Positions 32,401 to 45,069 of a DNA stretch of 64,000 nt are shown piece after piece. This DNA is from Leucoraja erinacea (Eukaryota): NCBI RefSeq assembly GCF_028641065.1, contig NC_073395.1, positions 3,410,001 through 3,474,000 on the forward strand, read 5' to 3'. The notes under the pieces were generated by a model. That model worked only from the letters and a program-made list of their open reading frames with translations. It made no database searches and had not been told where the DNA came from. Each line of letters begins with the position of its first letter. The first letter of the stretch is position 1. Made by a program: the position numbers and the translations under genes.

Positions 32401-35400
32401 GGCACCAGGTGAGTGAAGTTGTGCCTGTCCATTCACCTCTAGAGATGCTGCCTGACCTGACGAGTTTCTCCAGCACTTGATTCCAAAATCTGTGGCTCTT
32501 TGTGTCTCCTTGGCTTTTTCCTTCCCAGAACCAGGGGCCACAGTTTGAGAATAACGGGCAAGCCATTTAGAACAGAGACAAGGAAACACTTTTTCCACAC
32601 ACAGAGTTGTGAGTCTGTGGAATTCTCTGCCTCAGAGGGCAGTGGAGACCGGTTCTTTGGATACTTTCAAGAGAGAGCTAGATAGGGCTCTTAAAGATAG
32701 CGGAGTCAGGGGATATGGGAAGAAGGCAGGAACGGGGTACTGATTGTGGATGATCAGCCATGATCACATTGAATGGCGGTGCTGGCTCGAGGGGCCGAAT
32801 GGCCTCCTCCTGCATATATTGTCTATCCCGATTTATTTTTGCCAGTTTCATGCCATTCTATTTAAATTTCACTCACCTGATACTATCTTCAGCCCTGCAT
32901 GCATACCATGTCTTGTGTACAACTCATTTCATTAATGTCTCTTCTCATTAATCTCCTACAGCCCCCATACTACCACCATTTGTAGATCTTGTTTTCTGCT
33001 CAGGCAGTCTGCATTCCAGTTTCTCAAATGTCTGTTTCATTTTTTCTTTCAAACAGTAGATGTCTACCGAGTACAATGTTTACATATCAGGTATGAATTT
33101 CATTGTTCCATTTCGAGACATATGGCAATAACGTACTCTAGCGTCTTGAGAGATTACAGAGACATCTCGTATTCCGAGGAGAGACACACAACACTGAACG
33201 ATCCAGATATAAACAATTCAACTTTTATGGCAATCAAAAAGTAGCAGCTTTCAGGGTTTTGAAGCTAACCTGGTTCGCCTTTGTCCCTTTCGATATCTCT
33301 GTCCAATTTGTTACCTCCTCGCACATTTTTCCTTCTGTCTGGCCGTAAGGATTTTTCAAGAGGAAGTCCCACGTCGGGTTTCTTTCTATCTCCTTCCGCT
33401 AATTTAAATAAAAGCAAAAAAAATTTGAGAGCACCTGCAAAAAAATTTGTTTTCCTTACTTTCTAATACTAATTTAGTTTAGTTTAGAGATACAGCACGG
33501 AAACAAGCCCTTCAGCCCACCCGTCCAGCGATCCCCGCACACTAACGCTATCCTACACACACTAGGGACAATTTATAAATATACCAAAGCCAATGAACCT
33601 ACAAACCTGTACGTCTTGGGAGTGTGGGAAGAAAGCAAAGATCTTGGAGAAAATCCACGGAGGACACGTGGAGAACGTACAAACTCCGTACATACAGCAC
33701 CTGTAGTCAGGATTGAACCCAGGCCTCTGGCGCTGTGAGGCAGCAACTCTACATCTGTGCCACCGTGACTAATTTATATTAGTCATGCCAACATATACAT
33801 GGACAAATTCATCCACAAGCCATGGAAAAACGATGCACATTATTCCATTCGTTATATTATTTCGGCCAGGACTCACCCCACGGAGCCCAGTCCCTCCACA
33901 CACTAGAATCTCCCAACCCCTGCAGAGTAGTTATTAAGATGGCTGATCCGTGGGTGCTTGCTGCTGGGAAGCAAGTCGGGGCCTGATCGGGGGCTGGGTC
34001 GTCTGGGCGAGGGAGTCTGATGTTGTGAGACCCGAAACACCCGATGACCCCAGTTCACATCACTGAGGATGCGTCCCAGCGCATCTAGAAGATGTATATT
34101 TTTCACACTGGTGAAAACAAAATTGCTTAAGTACTGTCTTTCACTTCTAACTTGAACATTAACAGGGAACACCAAGTTTTGTGCACCTGGCTCCATGTGC
34201 GCCGTCAACAGACAGCATCCTACTGGGATGCATCACAGCTTGCTCAAGAAATCACAGGTAGATGTGGACGTAGCCCAGTCCATCGTGCAAACCTGTCTGG
34301 CCCTGTGAATGTCATCCTCGCTTCCTGGGAAAGTAGCCAGCATAATTAAGGACCATTCACACCCCGAGCACTCTCTCTCTTTTCCCCTCTCTTGTCAGGC
34401 AGAAGCTTGAAAGTATGCACTAGCAGATTCAAGAACAGCTTCTTTCTTCCCTGCTGTTCAACGGACCTGCCATAAGCTATGGACATATTCCCAATCTCAT
34501 ATTTTGCAGCCCTTGCACTTTTTGTTCCCTGCACTTTCTCTATAGCGGTAACACTATATTCTGCAACCTAATTTCCTTTCACTTTTTATCTGTTATACTG
34601 ATGTATAGCATGATGAGTAGTGCGTTCGGCCGATGGGAACTACACTCACCCCTCTGCAGGAACTATACATCAGAAGGTGCAACTCCAGAGCCAACAAAAT
34701 CATGGGAGACCCCTTCCACCCCATCAACGGACTGTTCCAGCTGCTACGGTCAGGCAAACGCCTCCGTTGCCATGCTGTGAGAATGGAGAGGATGAGAAGG
34801 AGTTTCTTCCCAGAGGCCATTAGGACTGTAAACACCTATCTCTCCAGGGACTAACTTTACTGTACTATTTTACTGTTGTGTGGTGTCTTTTTAAAATTGC
34901 TATTTTTTCCTTTTTCTTCCCTCCCACAAATATGTAATATGTGAATCTGTTCCATTCTGTTTGGAGTTTGTTTTTGTTTTTACACAATTCGCGAGCATTG
35001 CCACTTTTCATTTCACTACACATCTCGTATGTGTATGTGACGAATAAACTTGACTTGTACTGCTATATAGTATGGTTTAACCAAATTGCACACAAAACAG
35101 TTTATATTGGTAGGTACGATAATAATCCAACTTAATGCCACCTTAAACTGGTTGAAACATTATGGATTATCCACAGCAAACCTCTCTAAGCTAAAAAAAA
35201 TGGCACACTCCATTCCAGTATTAGTCTATAGCATTTAACACGTTTGAGCAAAATAACTCCATAGAATAAGTATTGGGTAGTTTCCTTCCCTCCCCCCCAA
35301 ACAATCAATCTGAAGAAGGGCCCCGACCCAGAACATCACCCAACAATGTTCTCCACAGATGCTGCCTGACCGCTGAGTTACTTGGTGTCTTTTACTAAAC

Positions 35401-38400
35401 ACCATTTAAACACGACACCATCTGGAGAAGGTAAACAATTGGTGAATGCTAACACAAAGCACTTGAGGCCTGAAATATGGGGAATTGTGTTAATGAGAAA
35501 CAGGTAAGTCAACAAAACCTTCATCTCATTATGATTATCCAGCCAGGCACAAAAGAGGAATCAGACGAACAAATGTCAAGGATATTAAGAAATATTCAAT
35601 TAATACGCCAGATTCACAGCTGGCGAGGCACGGTCAGAGCATCCACACAGAAAGCTGGACTCCTAGTAGAGGCTGCACTCTAATCCACACTGGGATAAAT
35701 AACAATCACCAACGTGACCAAGTGGGAGATCTACCCTAATAAATGGGATGCTATTCATTTTGTGGTTACAAATACAAGCAATATTCAATATGCAGTATGT
35801 GTCTACTTTTGCCTTTGAGTACACTTATGATTTTGAAACTTTCCAATAACAAGTGTAGAAAATCTTGTGTGCCACATCGACCCTCAAATAACTAATGTGG
35901 CACGGTGGCGCAGCGGGTGGAGCTGCTACCTCATGGTGCTAGAGATCGGGTTTGATTCTGACCTCAGGTGTCGTCTGTGTAGAGTTTGCATTTTCTCCCT
36001 GTGGCTGCGTGGGGTTTCCTCCGGGTGCCCCGTTTCCTCCCACATCCCAAAGACATGCGGGTTTATAGGTTAATTGGCCCTCTGTGAGTTGTTCCTAGTG
36101 TGTGGGGAGTGGATGAGAAAGTGAGATAACATCCATTTGCCCAGCAACGGTGAACATACACACTTGCCTTACACATGAACTCTTTCAAGTTCAAAAGCAT
36201 TAGTTTTTCATCGTTTTAATGATGTTATTATAAATTGGATAATATTATGTTACACAGCACAAACAGCTTCTTATCCATGCCACGATGGAGTACGTGATCT
36301 TTAAGAAGGTGATTATGTGAAGTATACATTACCAACCATCTAGTATCCTGTGGGTGGTGATGTTGTTCAGGGACTCTACTAATTGGGATTGCTCCTCACA
36401 ACGCTTTGGCTTCAACCTCCGTGGCTTGGCTTCATGGTTGGGCTGAACCATGAGAAGGTCCTGGCGTTTCTTCCTCTGCTTTTGTTCCAGCAATGCACGC
36501 TAGAGAGAAGGAAAAGAAATGGATCAGTTTAGAAATGTGTTTACTAAGTATAAGAACTATTCCAGGTTCAGGAATAGCTACTTCCCCATAGCCATCAGGC
36601 TATTAAACCTGGCTCGGACAAAGCTCTGATTATTAATAACCACTTTCTGTTATTTGCACTTTACCAGTTTATCTATCATGTGTGTATATATTTATATCAT
36701 GGTATATGGACACATTTATCTGTTTTGTAGTAAATGCCTACTATTTTCTGCGTGCTTAAGCAAAGCAAGAATTTCATTGTCCTATATAGGGACACATGAC
36801 AATAAACTCACTTGACTTGACTTGAGAAAGAGAAGTTCAAGAACTAACATTAATAACATTCTCACAAACAGAAACTTGATTACAACTTAAGAGACAATCG
36901 GCTTTGGGCGAGTCCAGAACCAGGGGCCACAGTCTTAGAATAAAGGGGAAGCCATTTAAGACTGAGGTGAGAAAAAACGTTTTCACCCAGAGAGTTGTGA
37001 ATTTGTGGAATTCCCTACCAAATAGGGCAGTGGAGGCCAAGTCACTGGATGGATTTAAGAGAGAGTTAGATAGAGCTCTAGGGGCTAGTGGAATCAAGGG
37101 ATATGGGGAGAAGGCAGGCACGCGTTATTGATTGGGGACAATCAGCCATGATCACAATGGCCCGAAGAGCCGAATGGCCTCCTCCTGCACCTATTTTCTA
37201 TGTTTCTGTCTTTGAAGAATTACATTAATCTTACATGGAATTATCCCCCCAAAGTTGCAAAAAGCAGACCACCCCTTCCAAGAAGTGTATTATATCTATT
37301 CTTCACTCGAACTTATTCCCAACCATCCTCATCAGTCTTTGCTTAAATACATCTATCATCATTTGCCTCAGTAACCCAGGTAATGTGCTCCACCCTCCCA
37401 CTTCTACTGAATTCCCCACTTGATTTCTTCATAACTACTTTAGAGTTATGCGGCATTTGTATCCATATCCATAAGATGATAAGACATAGGAGATGAATTA
37501 GGCCATTCAGTCCACCGAGTCTGCTCCACTAATCAACCATGGCTGATCTATTTTCCCTCTCAATCTCATTCTTCTGCTTTCTCCCCATAACCTTTGATAC
37601 CCATACTAATCAAGAACCTATTCATCTCTGCTTTAAAAATACCTGATGACTCGACCTCTACCACCATCTGCGGCAACGAATTCTACATATTTACTCTTTC
37701 TGGCTAGAGAAATTCCTCCTCATCCCCATTCAAAATACGTCCTTTTATTCTGAGGCTGCACCCTCTGATCCTAGACTCTCCCATTACTGTAAATATCCTG
37801 TCCACATCCACTCTACCTAGGAGCATGATCAAGAAATCTCTCAAATCCATCCGTGTGAACTTTTAATACTTTTAAAGATCTTTGTTGGATAACAAATTAG
37901 CCTATTTGTTCTTTCCCTTGAAATAACTGTACGCAGTTGTGACAACAACTTAAACAATGAACCATATCTTTGTTACTAGGACAAGTCAAGATGTTCAGGA
38001 TTACTCAGTGAGTTAATGCAGCAAATAACCAAGTTATTTACATTGCTTCCATCCATTTGCTCAGCCAGAGCATCAACAGGAGCAAATGTGATAAGTTGAG
38101 AAAATAATTACAGGTGCTCTTTCCTCTTCAACACCATGCCTGTTCAAAAAGCTGATGTATCAAAACACTGTGTCAGGAACTAGAATTGACTACCGAACTA
38201 CACCGAGTTCATTAAACACAAAGACTGTGGTAGCCTGAAACAAGAGTCACTTCTTGCTTCTCACTTAGTCTCAATATTTTTTTTGTTTTACTCATATTTG
38301 GTATAATTTATTCACCTTTATTTTTAAACTACATCTGCGTTCTTTCAATTTTTACCTGATAACATAATCTTAAACGCATAAACAATAAAAACAAATTGTA

Positions 38401-41400
38401 CAGTTGCGCATGGTCAATTAATAGGAACCGAAAGCCTTTTCATTAAACAGCTACAGCAATAAATGGCCGTGAAAAGTGGACAAATCTGTCAGTATTGATT
38501 GAACAGATGATAAATCAGGTTGCAAATTTTAATTTCGTCTTCAACAATATTATACCTGTTTCTCCAACTTCTGCTGTCTGAGGTTAATATTTTCATCTTC
38601 AAAGACACTGGGGGAAAAAAAACAGAATTAATTACTGATGCAATGACATTTCTAACAGAAATATTGAGTCATAGAGCCAGAAAGCAAGGAAACAGGTTCT
38701 TCAGTCCACCCTTAAATTCACCAACGATTCCACAGTTTTTGGACAAATAAGTCAGAGCACAGGAGGGAGATTGATAAACGGATTAAATGACATCTGAAAC
38801 AACAATCTTGCTCTTACATTAGAAAGATAAAGGAGCTGATTCTTGACTTCAGGAAGAGAAAGTCAAAGATCCATGAACCTGCTTCTCCCACTTGCCTGTG
38901 CCTGGCCAATAGTCTTTTAAATGTCATAATTGTGCCCAGCTCAACCTCTTCCCCTGGCAGCTCATTCCACATATCCACCACCCTCTGTGTGAAGCCTTGC
39001 CATCAATTAAACCTATGCCTTGTGTTTAAGAAGGAACTGCAGATGCTGGAAAATCGAAGGTAGACAAAAGTGCTGGAGAAACTCAGCGGGTGCAGCAGCA
39101 TCCATGGAGTGAAGGAAACAGGCAACGTTGCCTATTTCCTTTGCTCCATTGATCCGCTGAGTTTCTCCAGCACTTATGTCTACCAAAAACCTATGCCTTG
39201 TAGTTTTACCCTGGGAAAAAGACTATTCACCTTGTCCACACCGCAATTATTAATTTATGCTGTTCACTTAATCAATGTGCAATATATTTCCAACAGTACC
39301 CGTTTGGTTATCAATTTGATAACTCAAAAGGATTGACATATCACTTTTTATACAACAGAATAACAGAATGTAAGGTTTTCCACAAGGCAGATTTCTGAAG
39401 GGGTGAAGCAATCCAAACCATTCTCATCCTAATAGCCTCTCAGCCAAAATGGAGTTGAAAAGTGGAGGGGAAGTTGACGATGGGGAAGAGGCAGAAAGAG
39501 ACAGAGCAAAACACCCTCCAAGCCAGGAATAGTGACCCATGTGGAATAGAGGAAGGTAAATAAGTATTACATTGGATATAACTTCACCAGCTACAGTCAA
39601 CTAGTGCATTTCATTCAACAATTTGTTTTGCACTTGAAAAACAGCTAAGATCGGTTGCATGCATTCACAGTCCCCAAAATCTATATACCTTTTGTTTAAT
39701 GGAACCAAACAAGTCCTGTCAGTGTCTAGTGGAGAATCTGAGAGGCAGCGGAGTATATGAGCTGGCATTTCTGCTGGCAAGAAAGCAGTGTTCAAGAATT
39801 TGAGGAACCACAGCTCAGATTTCAGTAATGAGGAATATCATGAAGCTAAACTGACATAGTGAAGAATAGCTTAGAAAGATTATTTTCTAAAGATTTCCAT
39901 AAACACACTCCGGCAAGAGGCAGATTCATAAATGCATGAATGCGTGGGAGGAAGAGACTGGGCTGGACCATGTGTGACCTAGCTGCCGGCCCAGCTGTGG
40001 AGGGCCAATCTCACTAGCCCCTGCACACTTAATTCAGGCAGAGCCGAGGCCTCAGGCAGCAGCCTCCCCGTCTCTGGAATGTCCTGTCCACTCTGCCAGA
40101 GGAAAAGCTGGAAGGGGTGGAGCTTTGCTTCTGGGAGCGTTTCAACATTCAGAATAATTCAGAAACCACGATAAATGAGGTAATTTAAAATAGGAATTAC
40201 AACATGGTTAACTAAAAACACAAAAAGAGTTAACAAAATTAAACCAAAATTATTCTAAGCATGTGTTTACTTTCCCTTTGCTTCCTCATCTGCAGCCTTG
40301 GAATGCCATTGAAATCAATGGGGGTTTTCCCAATTCCACTCGGGCCCTGGCCTGCTATATGACCAGAGGGGCAAGACTGGTCTATGTAGTGGGATTTCAG
40401 GCAACAGGCACAAATGTGGCACCACTTAATGCATACACCAAGATCGTAGGTTGACCAGATTTGATGTCTGAAAAACAGCAGTTCAGGTCGGAACCATCGA
40501 TATCACCCGGGCAAGATTCATCCCAATAAGGAAATGATTAAAACATGAAACTAATATTTTTGCAGAAATCAAAAATAACATAAATAAAAACATAATACAA
40601 TGGGGTGGGTGGGGGGGAATTGACTAATAAAGGTGAGGAATTTAACTTAATGTTATTAAAATAGATAATAGTAAATAAAGAAACTATTTACAAGTAAATT
40701 GTAAACAAGTAAATTGGTAAACTGGTCACTCTCGGCCTCCCCACTGTCACATGTGCCTGGATTAAGGATTTCCTCACAAACCGGCCCCAGACTGTGAGAC
40801 TTGGCCCCCACCTCTCCTCCACTCGCAGGTTGAGTACCGGTTCCCCACAGGGCTGTGTGCTAAGCCCCCTCTTATACTGTCTCTACACCTACGACTGTAG
40901 TCCGGCCCACAACAACAACCGCATCGTCAAATTTGCTGACGACACTACTGTGGTCGGACTTATTTCAAAGGGAGACGAAGCCTACAGAGGAAGTCCTGAA
41001 GTTGACAACCTGGGGAAAACAATCTGGCTCTGAACACCAGGAGGTCGACTTCAGGAGGCACAGCACCGACTTAGTCCCCCTACACAAACGGTGTGTGGAG
41101 AGGGTCAACACCTTAATATCGCGGCTGACATCTCCTGGACGGACAACACGACAGCGGTCATCAAAGGCTCAGCAGCGGCTGCACTTCCTGAGGGTCCTCA
41201 GGAAGCACAACCTGGACTCTAACCTGCTGCTGACTTCTACCGCTCGTCCATCGAGAGCCTGCTGACATACACATTACAGCATGGATGGCAGCTGCACCAC
41301 AGACAGGGAGAGGCTTCAGAGGGTAACCAGGACAGCGCAGAGGATCATTGGCCCTCTCCCCTCCCTGATGGACATCTCACCTCCCGCTGCCTTAGCAGGG

Positions 41401-44400
41401 CAAAGAAGATCACCAAAGACAGCTCCCATCCTGCGTTTGGACTGTTCGACCTGCTGCCCTCTGGAAGGCGCTATAGGTGCATCAAATCCAGGACAAACAG
41501 ACTCAGAATAGGGTTCCCGAAATTATATCTACCATAAATTCAAATCCACACATGTGACTACACCGCCCAACACGGACTTCCATCTGTATTTATGTATATA
41601 TGTATTTTGCGCCACAGAATTTGTGCACCTATCCCCCCCCCCCCCCCATCTCCCTTCTGTTTTGTTTTTCTGTTTCTTGTTTTTTGTGCTAAATTGTATG
41701 TATGCACTGAGTACGAGCAGCTTTCAGTTTCACTGTACATGTATAGTGACAATAAATGTCATATCTATCTCATCTCAAACAAGGAACTGCAGGTGCTTGT
41801 AAGAAAAATACACAAAAGGACACAAAGTGCTGGAGTAACTCAGCAGGTCAGGCTGCATCTCTGGAGAACAGGCAGGTGATATTTTTTGCGTCTGAAGGGT
41901 CCCAACCACAAATGTTACCTATCCATTTTCTCCAAAGATGTTGTCTGACCCACTGAGTTACTCCATCATTTTGCATCCGAATAGTAAAGAAAGATGCCTG
42001 ACAGCTAGGTTACGCTGTTGAGGATGGAATATTCTTGACATTTCCTACTCCCTTCTGTTGATATGTTGTCCACTACCATTACTGCAGGCTTTTATTCTGT
42101 TCTATTTTTCACGGGATTACTACCTTCTGCCACTTTAACAGTTTTGAGCTGATCTATCTGTCACATTTTTTCCAAATGGGGTGGTGGTTCACAGTACAGT
42201 GGTGGCAAGATGGACAGGGTAGTGAAAAGGGTGTTTGATAAGCTTGCCTTCATAGGGCAAGGCATTGAGAACAAGAAATGGGATGCCGTGTTGCAACTGT
42301 ACAGAACGTTAGTTAGGAAACAGTTGTGAACCAAACAGCAAAACACAATGCGCTGGAGTAACTCAGCGGTTCAAGTGGAATGGTTAGACAATGTTGGTCA
42401 GGACCTTTCTTCGGACTTATGCGGCTCCATTTGTTAACCAGACAGGTTTACACAAAATCCAATAACTTCACTGCCACCATTACTCATCATTAACAATTGA
42501 ACACAAATTATTTATTAAATTTCATAAGAAGGGTCTCGACCCAAAAGGTCAGGAAGAAGGGTCTCGACCCGAAACGTCACCCATTCCTTCTCTCCAGAGA
42601 TGCTGCCTGTCCCGCTGAGTTACTCAGGCATTTTGTGTCCACCTTTGAATTTAAACCAGCATCTGCAGTTATTTCCTACATAGAAGTCATATGTTGCTGG
42701 ATTACAAATCCATGCCTCATGGTTACTGGTTGAGTAACTAAACATGGGGCATACAGAATGAAATCCACAACTAGCATGCTTATCTGATGGTTCACAAAAC
42801 GGGCACCAAAATTGTAAAATAGATGAATGCACGACAATATAATAACTGATCATAACACCTTAAACAAAACAGATGACTCTCACACACCTCAGAAGACCAT
42901 TTATAAACAACGACGCCAAAGCGCACATGGAGATATTAGGGCAGACTAATTTGAAGAACGTCTTAAATAAGGATTGATAGGAAGAAGATTTCAGAGTTTA
43001 GGCTGAAGTAATTAGGGATGTGCCATAGGTTACGACTGTAGGACTGAATTCAGATTGGAGGCAATTAAGAGACAGAGAGAGAGAGAGAGAGGGAGAAGGG
43101 CAGGTTTATGGAAGGACGAGAAAGCAAGATTAGAATGGTAAAATTAAGACATTTTATCTATAGGCCAAGTGAAATAAAGAATTAATTCCCCTGTGCTTGT
43201 ATTGATACTAAAAGATGCTTTATGATTCAACAGGCATCAGAGCTTTGTGAATATTGTGACATCGGTCGTAATTCTGACGCTATATATAGAAATTGATTTT
43301 TAATGATGCACAGTATATTGTATAATCCAGGTTATGACGTCACAATAATGTGGTATTACTAAAAGCATATGTACAAAGTTTAAATGCTCTTCAACACTGT
43401 TTTGCAATAAACAAATGGCAAAGCAGAAATATTATCTAAGAGGTGGTATCATTGTCCTTTAACAAGCATCTGTATAATTTTAAAAAATCAACCATGGCTT
43501 TTTATTTTAAAAACTGACGGGCGAAAACCATTAAAAAAAAACCACACTGAGAAATCTCAAAGCAATGTATCTAGATTTCTGCAGCTATTTTGTCTTTAAA
43601 CAATACGAAGGTGGCACAAAAGACTACAGATGTTGGAATCTGTGGCAAAATCAAATAGATCTGGAAAAACTCAGAGGGTCAGGCAGCAACTATGGAAGGA
43701 AATGGACAGGCAAAGTATTTGGACAAGACCCTTCATCTAGCCTGCAGTTAAATAAAGGAGAGCAGCTGGATGATGGTTCTCAACCCAATACGGCAACTGT
43801 CCATTTCCCTCTACAGATGCTGACTGACCTGCTATGTACCTCCAGCCCCTCTACTACATAAAATGTGACTCATTTCTTTATCTCTATCATTTGAGAGACC
43901 AGATCTTAAATCAATAAAGCTCACATTCGCATTAACCCTGCCATGAATGGCAGCTGAACCACAAGACCATAATTTATTATACCCCCCTTGCTCAGCTACC
44001 TAAACACAAAACAAATGTACAAAGTGTTTCAATGGTACAGTAGAAGCTTTTGTAAAGGTAGATTACAAATCCATTAGCAAATTCTCTCTCACACCGAGCA
44101 GAACAATATGGCACTAAATAGCAACGCGGTTTCTACTGAGGCTATGATTTGGAAAACAAAAAAGATAGACAGAAACCAATCGCAGTAAATAACGCTTGTA
44201 CATCGAAAAATAGAAGAGATTTTCAGCCAAAATAAGCGCACCACTTCATAGAATACCAATTTGTTTTCCTCTCCGGTGAAGAAATGCAAACATTTCTTAT
44301 TTGCAAACATTTCTTAAGGAGTTGAGACCTTTCATGATGAGCCATGAGCATTGTGCGCATTATAGTCCGCCTCCAGTTTTAATTGCAGTTGGAATATTTT

Positions 44401-44591
44401 GGAGGACTAAGAAACCAAGAACTAAGATAGTAAAATACTCGGTGATATTATATTATTAGCCCAAGGGAGCCGGACCCCACAGATAGTGATATATTGGGAG
44501 AGTCAGCCCATTGCCCAGCAAGTAGCCCCGCTCTCGCCGCACAGTTGCCCCCTCGGCCGCCCTCTCCCTACCTCACGCTGTAGTAGGACAT
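20273..44591 (-). CDS. TULP3: Tubby-related protein 3, whole gene span. Join 44591-44572, 38607-38556, 36499-36337, 33398-33270, 31683-31522, 30295-30177, 29606-29412, 28456-28344, 26256-26142, 25050-24952, 24241-24070, 20406-20273; 490 aa (447 aa without the 129-nt exon)
   Basis: Complete tubby domain ([83 protein letters not shown]) and N-terminal IFT-A-binding helix ([21 protein letters not shown]). All junctions are GT-AG and in phase. Adjacency to RHNO1 and FOXM1 favours TULP3 over TUB. Confidence 0.93.
20688..21004. mobile_element. MITE with GGGGCCTGTCCCA / TGGGACAACCCC TIRs in the last TULP3 intron
   Basis: gtcccaatgtacgagctaattcaagag ... ctcttgaagtagctcgtacagtgggac. Confidence 0.75.
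22398..22800. repeat. Minisatellite of 66-bp units (about 6 copies) derived from the Penelope-type terminal repeat
   Basis: tttcacagagtgctggagtaactcagcgggtcaggcagcatctgtggagaacatggataggtgac recurs at 22471, 22537, 22603, 22669, 22736. Confidence 0.9.
24070..24241 (-). CDS. TULP3: TULP3 exon 10 ([23 protein letters not shown]...FQIVHDND)
   Basis: ccccccag| acceptor, ATC|gtaagt donor, 172 nt. Confidence 0.95.
24952..25050 (-). CDS. TULP3: TULP3 exon 9 ([33 protein letters not shown])
   Basis: gtctctccag| acceptor, AAT|gtaagt donor, 99 nt. Confidence 0.95.
25199..25478. mobile_element. Penelope-type hairpin insertion with 14-bp TSD in TULP3 intron 8
   Basis: ttggttagttaatg at 25185-25198 and 25479-25492. 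Confidence 0.8.
26142..26256 (-). CDS. TULP3: TULP3 exon 8 ([14 protein letters not shown]...RQELAAICY)
   Basis: ttctttacaattag| acceptor, TAT|gtgagt donor, 115 nt. Confidence 0.95.
28344..28456 (-). CDS. TULP3: TULP3 exon 7 ([38 protein letters not shown])
   Basis: tttttcacag| acceptor, AAG|gtaggt donor, 113 nt. Confidence 0.95.
29412..29606 (-). CDS. TULP3: TULP3 exon 6 (start of tubby domain, ...[45 protein letters not shown])
   Basis: tttgcag| acceptor, AAG|gtgagg donor. Confidence 0.93.
30177..30295 (-). CDS. TULP3: TULP3 exon 5 ([13 protein letters not shown]...[12 protein letters not shown])
   Basis: cccatttag| acceptor, AAG|gtgaga donor, ISxSxNFxE and RPxSA motifs of TUB/TULP3. Confidence 0.9.
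31522..31683 (-). CDS. TULP3: TULP3 exon 4 ([13 protein letters not shown]...IQEIMEQR)
   Basis: cccctgcag| acceptor, GAG|gtaggg donor, conserved IDGP motif. Confidence 0.9.
33270..33398 (-). CDS. TULP3: TULP3 putative extra cassette exon ([43 protein letters not shown])
   Basis: 129 nt, phase 1-1, open, purine-rich, tttttgcttttatttaaattag| acceptor and CAG|gttagc donor. Confidence 0.7.
36337..36499 (-). CDS. TULP3: TULP3 exon 3 ([28 protein letters not shown]...RILD)
   Basis: ttctctctag| acceptor; the ATG|gttggt donor gives the required phase 1. Confidence 0.88.
38556..38607 (-). CDS. TULP3: TULP3 exon 2 ([18 protein letters not shown])
   Basis: ttttttcccccag| acceptor, CAG|gtataa donor, 52 nt. 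Confidence 0.92.
40725..41770 (+). mobile_element. Rex1/Babar-type LINE reverse-transcriptase fragment (frameshifted)
   Basis: [32 protein letters not shown] and [14 protein letters not shown] motifs; related 3' ends at about 15850-16200, 23375-23670, 34610-35060, 47470-47700. Confidence 0.85.
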
Positions 44592-45060
44592 CTTTGGGCG
44601 CCGTTGCTATGATGTTGTAGTTGGCGGCTGCTGCTGGTGCCGTATCCCGGTGTCCCCGTCTCCAGATGAGGCTGGCGTCCTGGCCCCCGTGTCCCGTTAC
44701 TGAGGCCGTGTCCCGGTGTCCCCGTTGCTGAGGCCGCGTCCCGGAGCTGGAGCTGGGGCTGGGGCCGTGCGGCTGTGTGTCCCCCCGTCTGCCGGCGGCG
44801 CGGTTCGGTCTACCGGCGCTAGGGCGCTGTGTCGTCCCCGGGCTCCGGCCTCACTCCCAGAGCTCCGGCCCCTAGCAACGCACCGGCCAACAACCGCCGC
44901 CCCCATTGGCTCTGCGCCTCGGCGCGTCACGCACGCACGCGCGTGGCCCTCAATGGCGGGAGGGAGAGCAGGAGGGAGACGCCGCTCTCGCTCGCGCTCT
45001 CGCTCTCCCCGCGGGGGCCGGAGGCTCGCTGGCGCCCGCCAATGTAAGCTATAGCCGCCA
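44500..45060 (-). promoter_or_regulatory. TULP3 CpG-island promoter / 5'UTR
   Basis: Abrupt GC/CpG-rich island around exon 1; CCAAT boxes at 44905-44909 and 45039-45043; GC box; RFX-type half-sites GTTGCT near 44603 and AGCAAC 44874-44879. Confidence 0.8.
44572..44591 (-). CDS. TULP3: TULP3 exon 1 coding part (MSYYSV/S)
   Basis: First ATG downstream of the CpG-island promoter, A at -3, donor GAG|gtaggg, phase 2 matches exon 2. Confidence 0.75.
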
Positions 45061-45069
45061 CTTTAGTCA

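Noticed and set aside
36333-36337. Alternative TULP3 exon-3 donor GTAATG 4 nt downstream
   Set aside because: Gives phase 2, incompatible with both following exons
20273-44591. Calling the tubby gene TUB or TULP1
   Set aside because: Adjacency to RHNO1 and FOXM1, and residues such as MVQPN, LSRE and AIGLSSFD, fit TULP3; a phylogeny would be the final test
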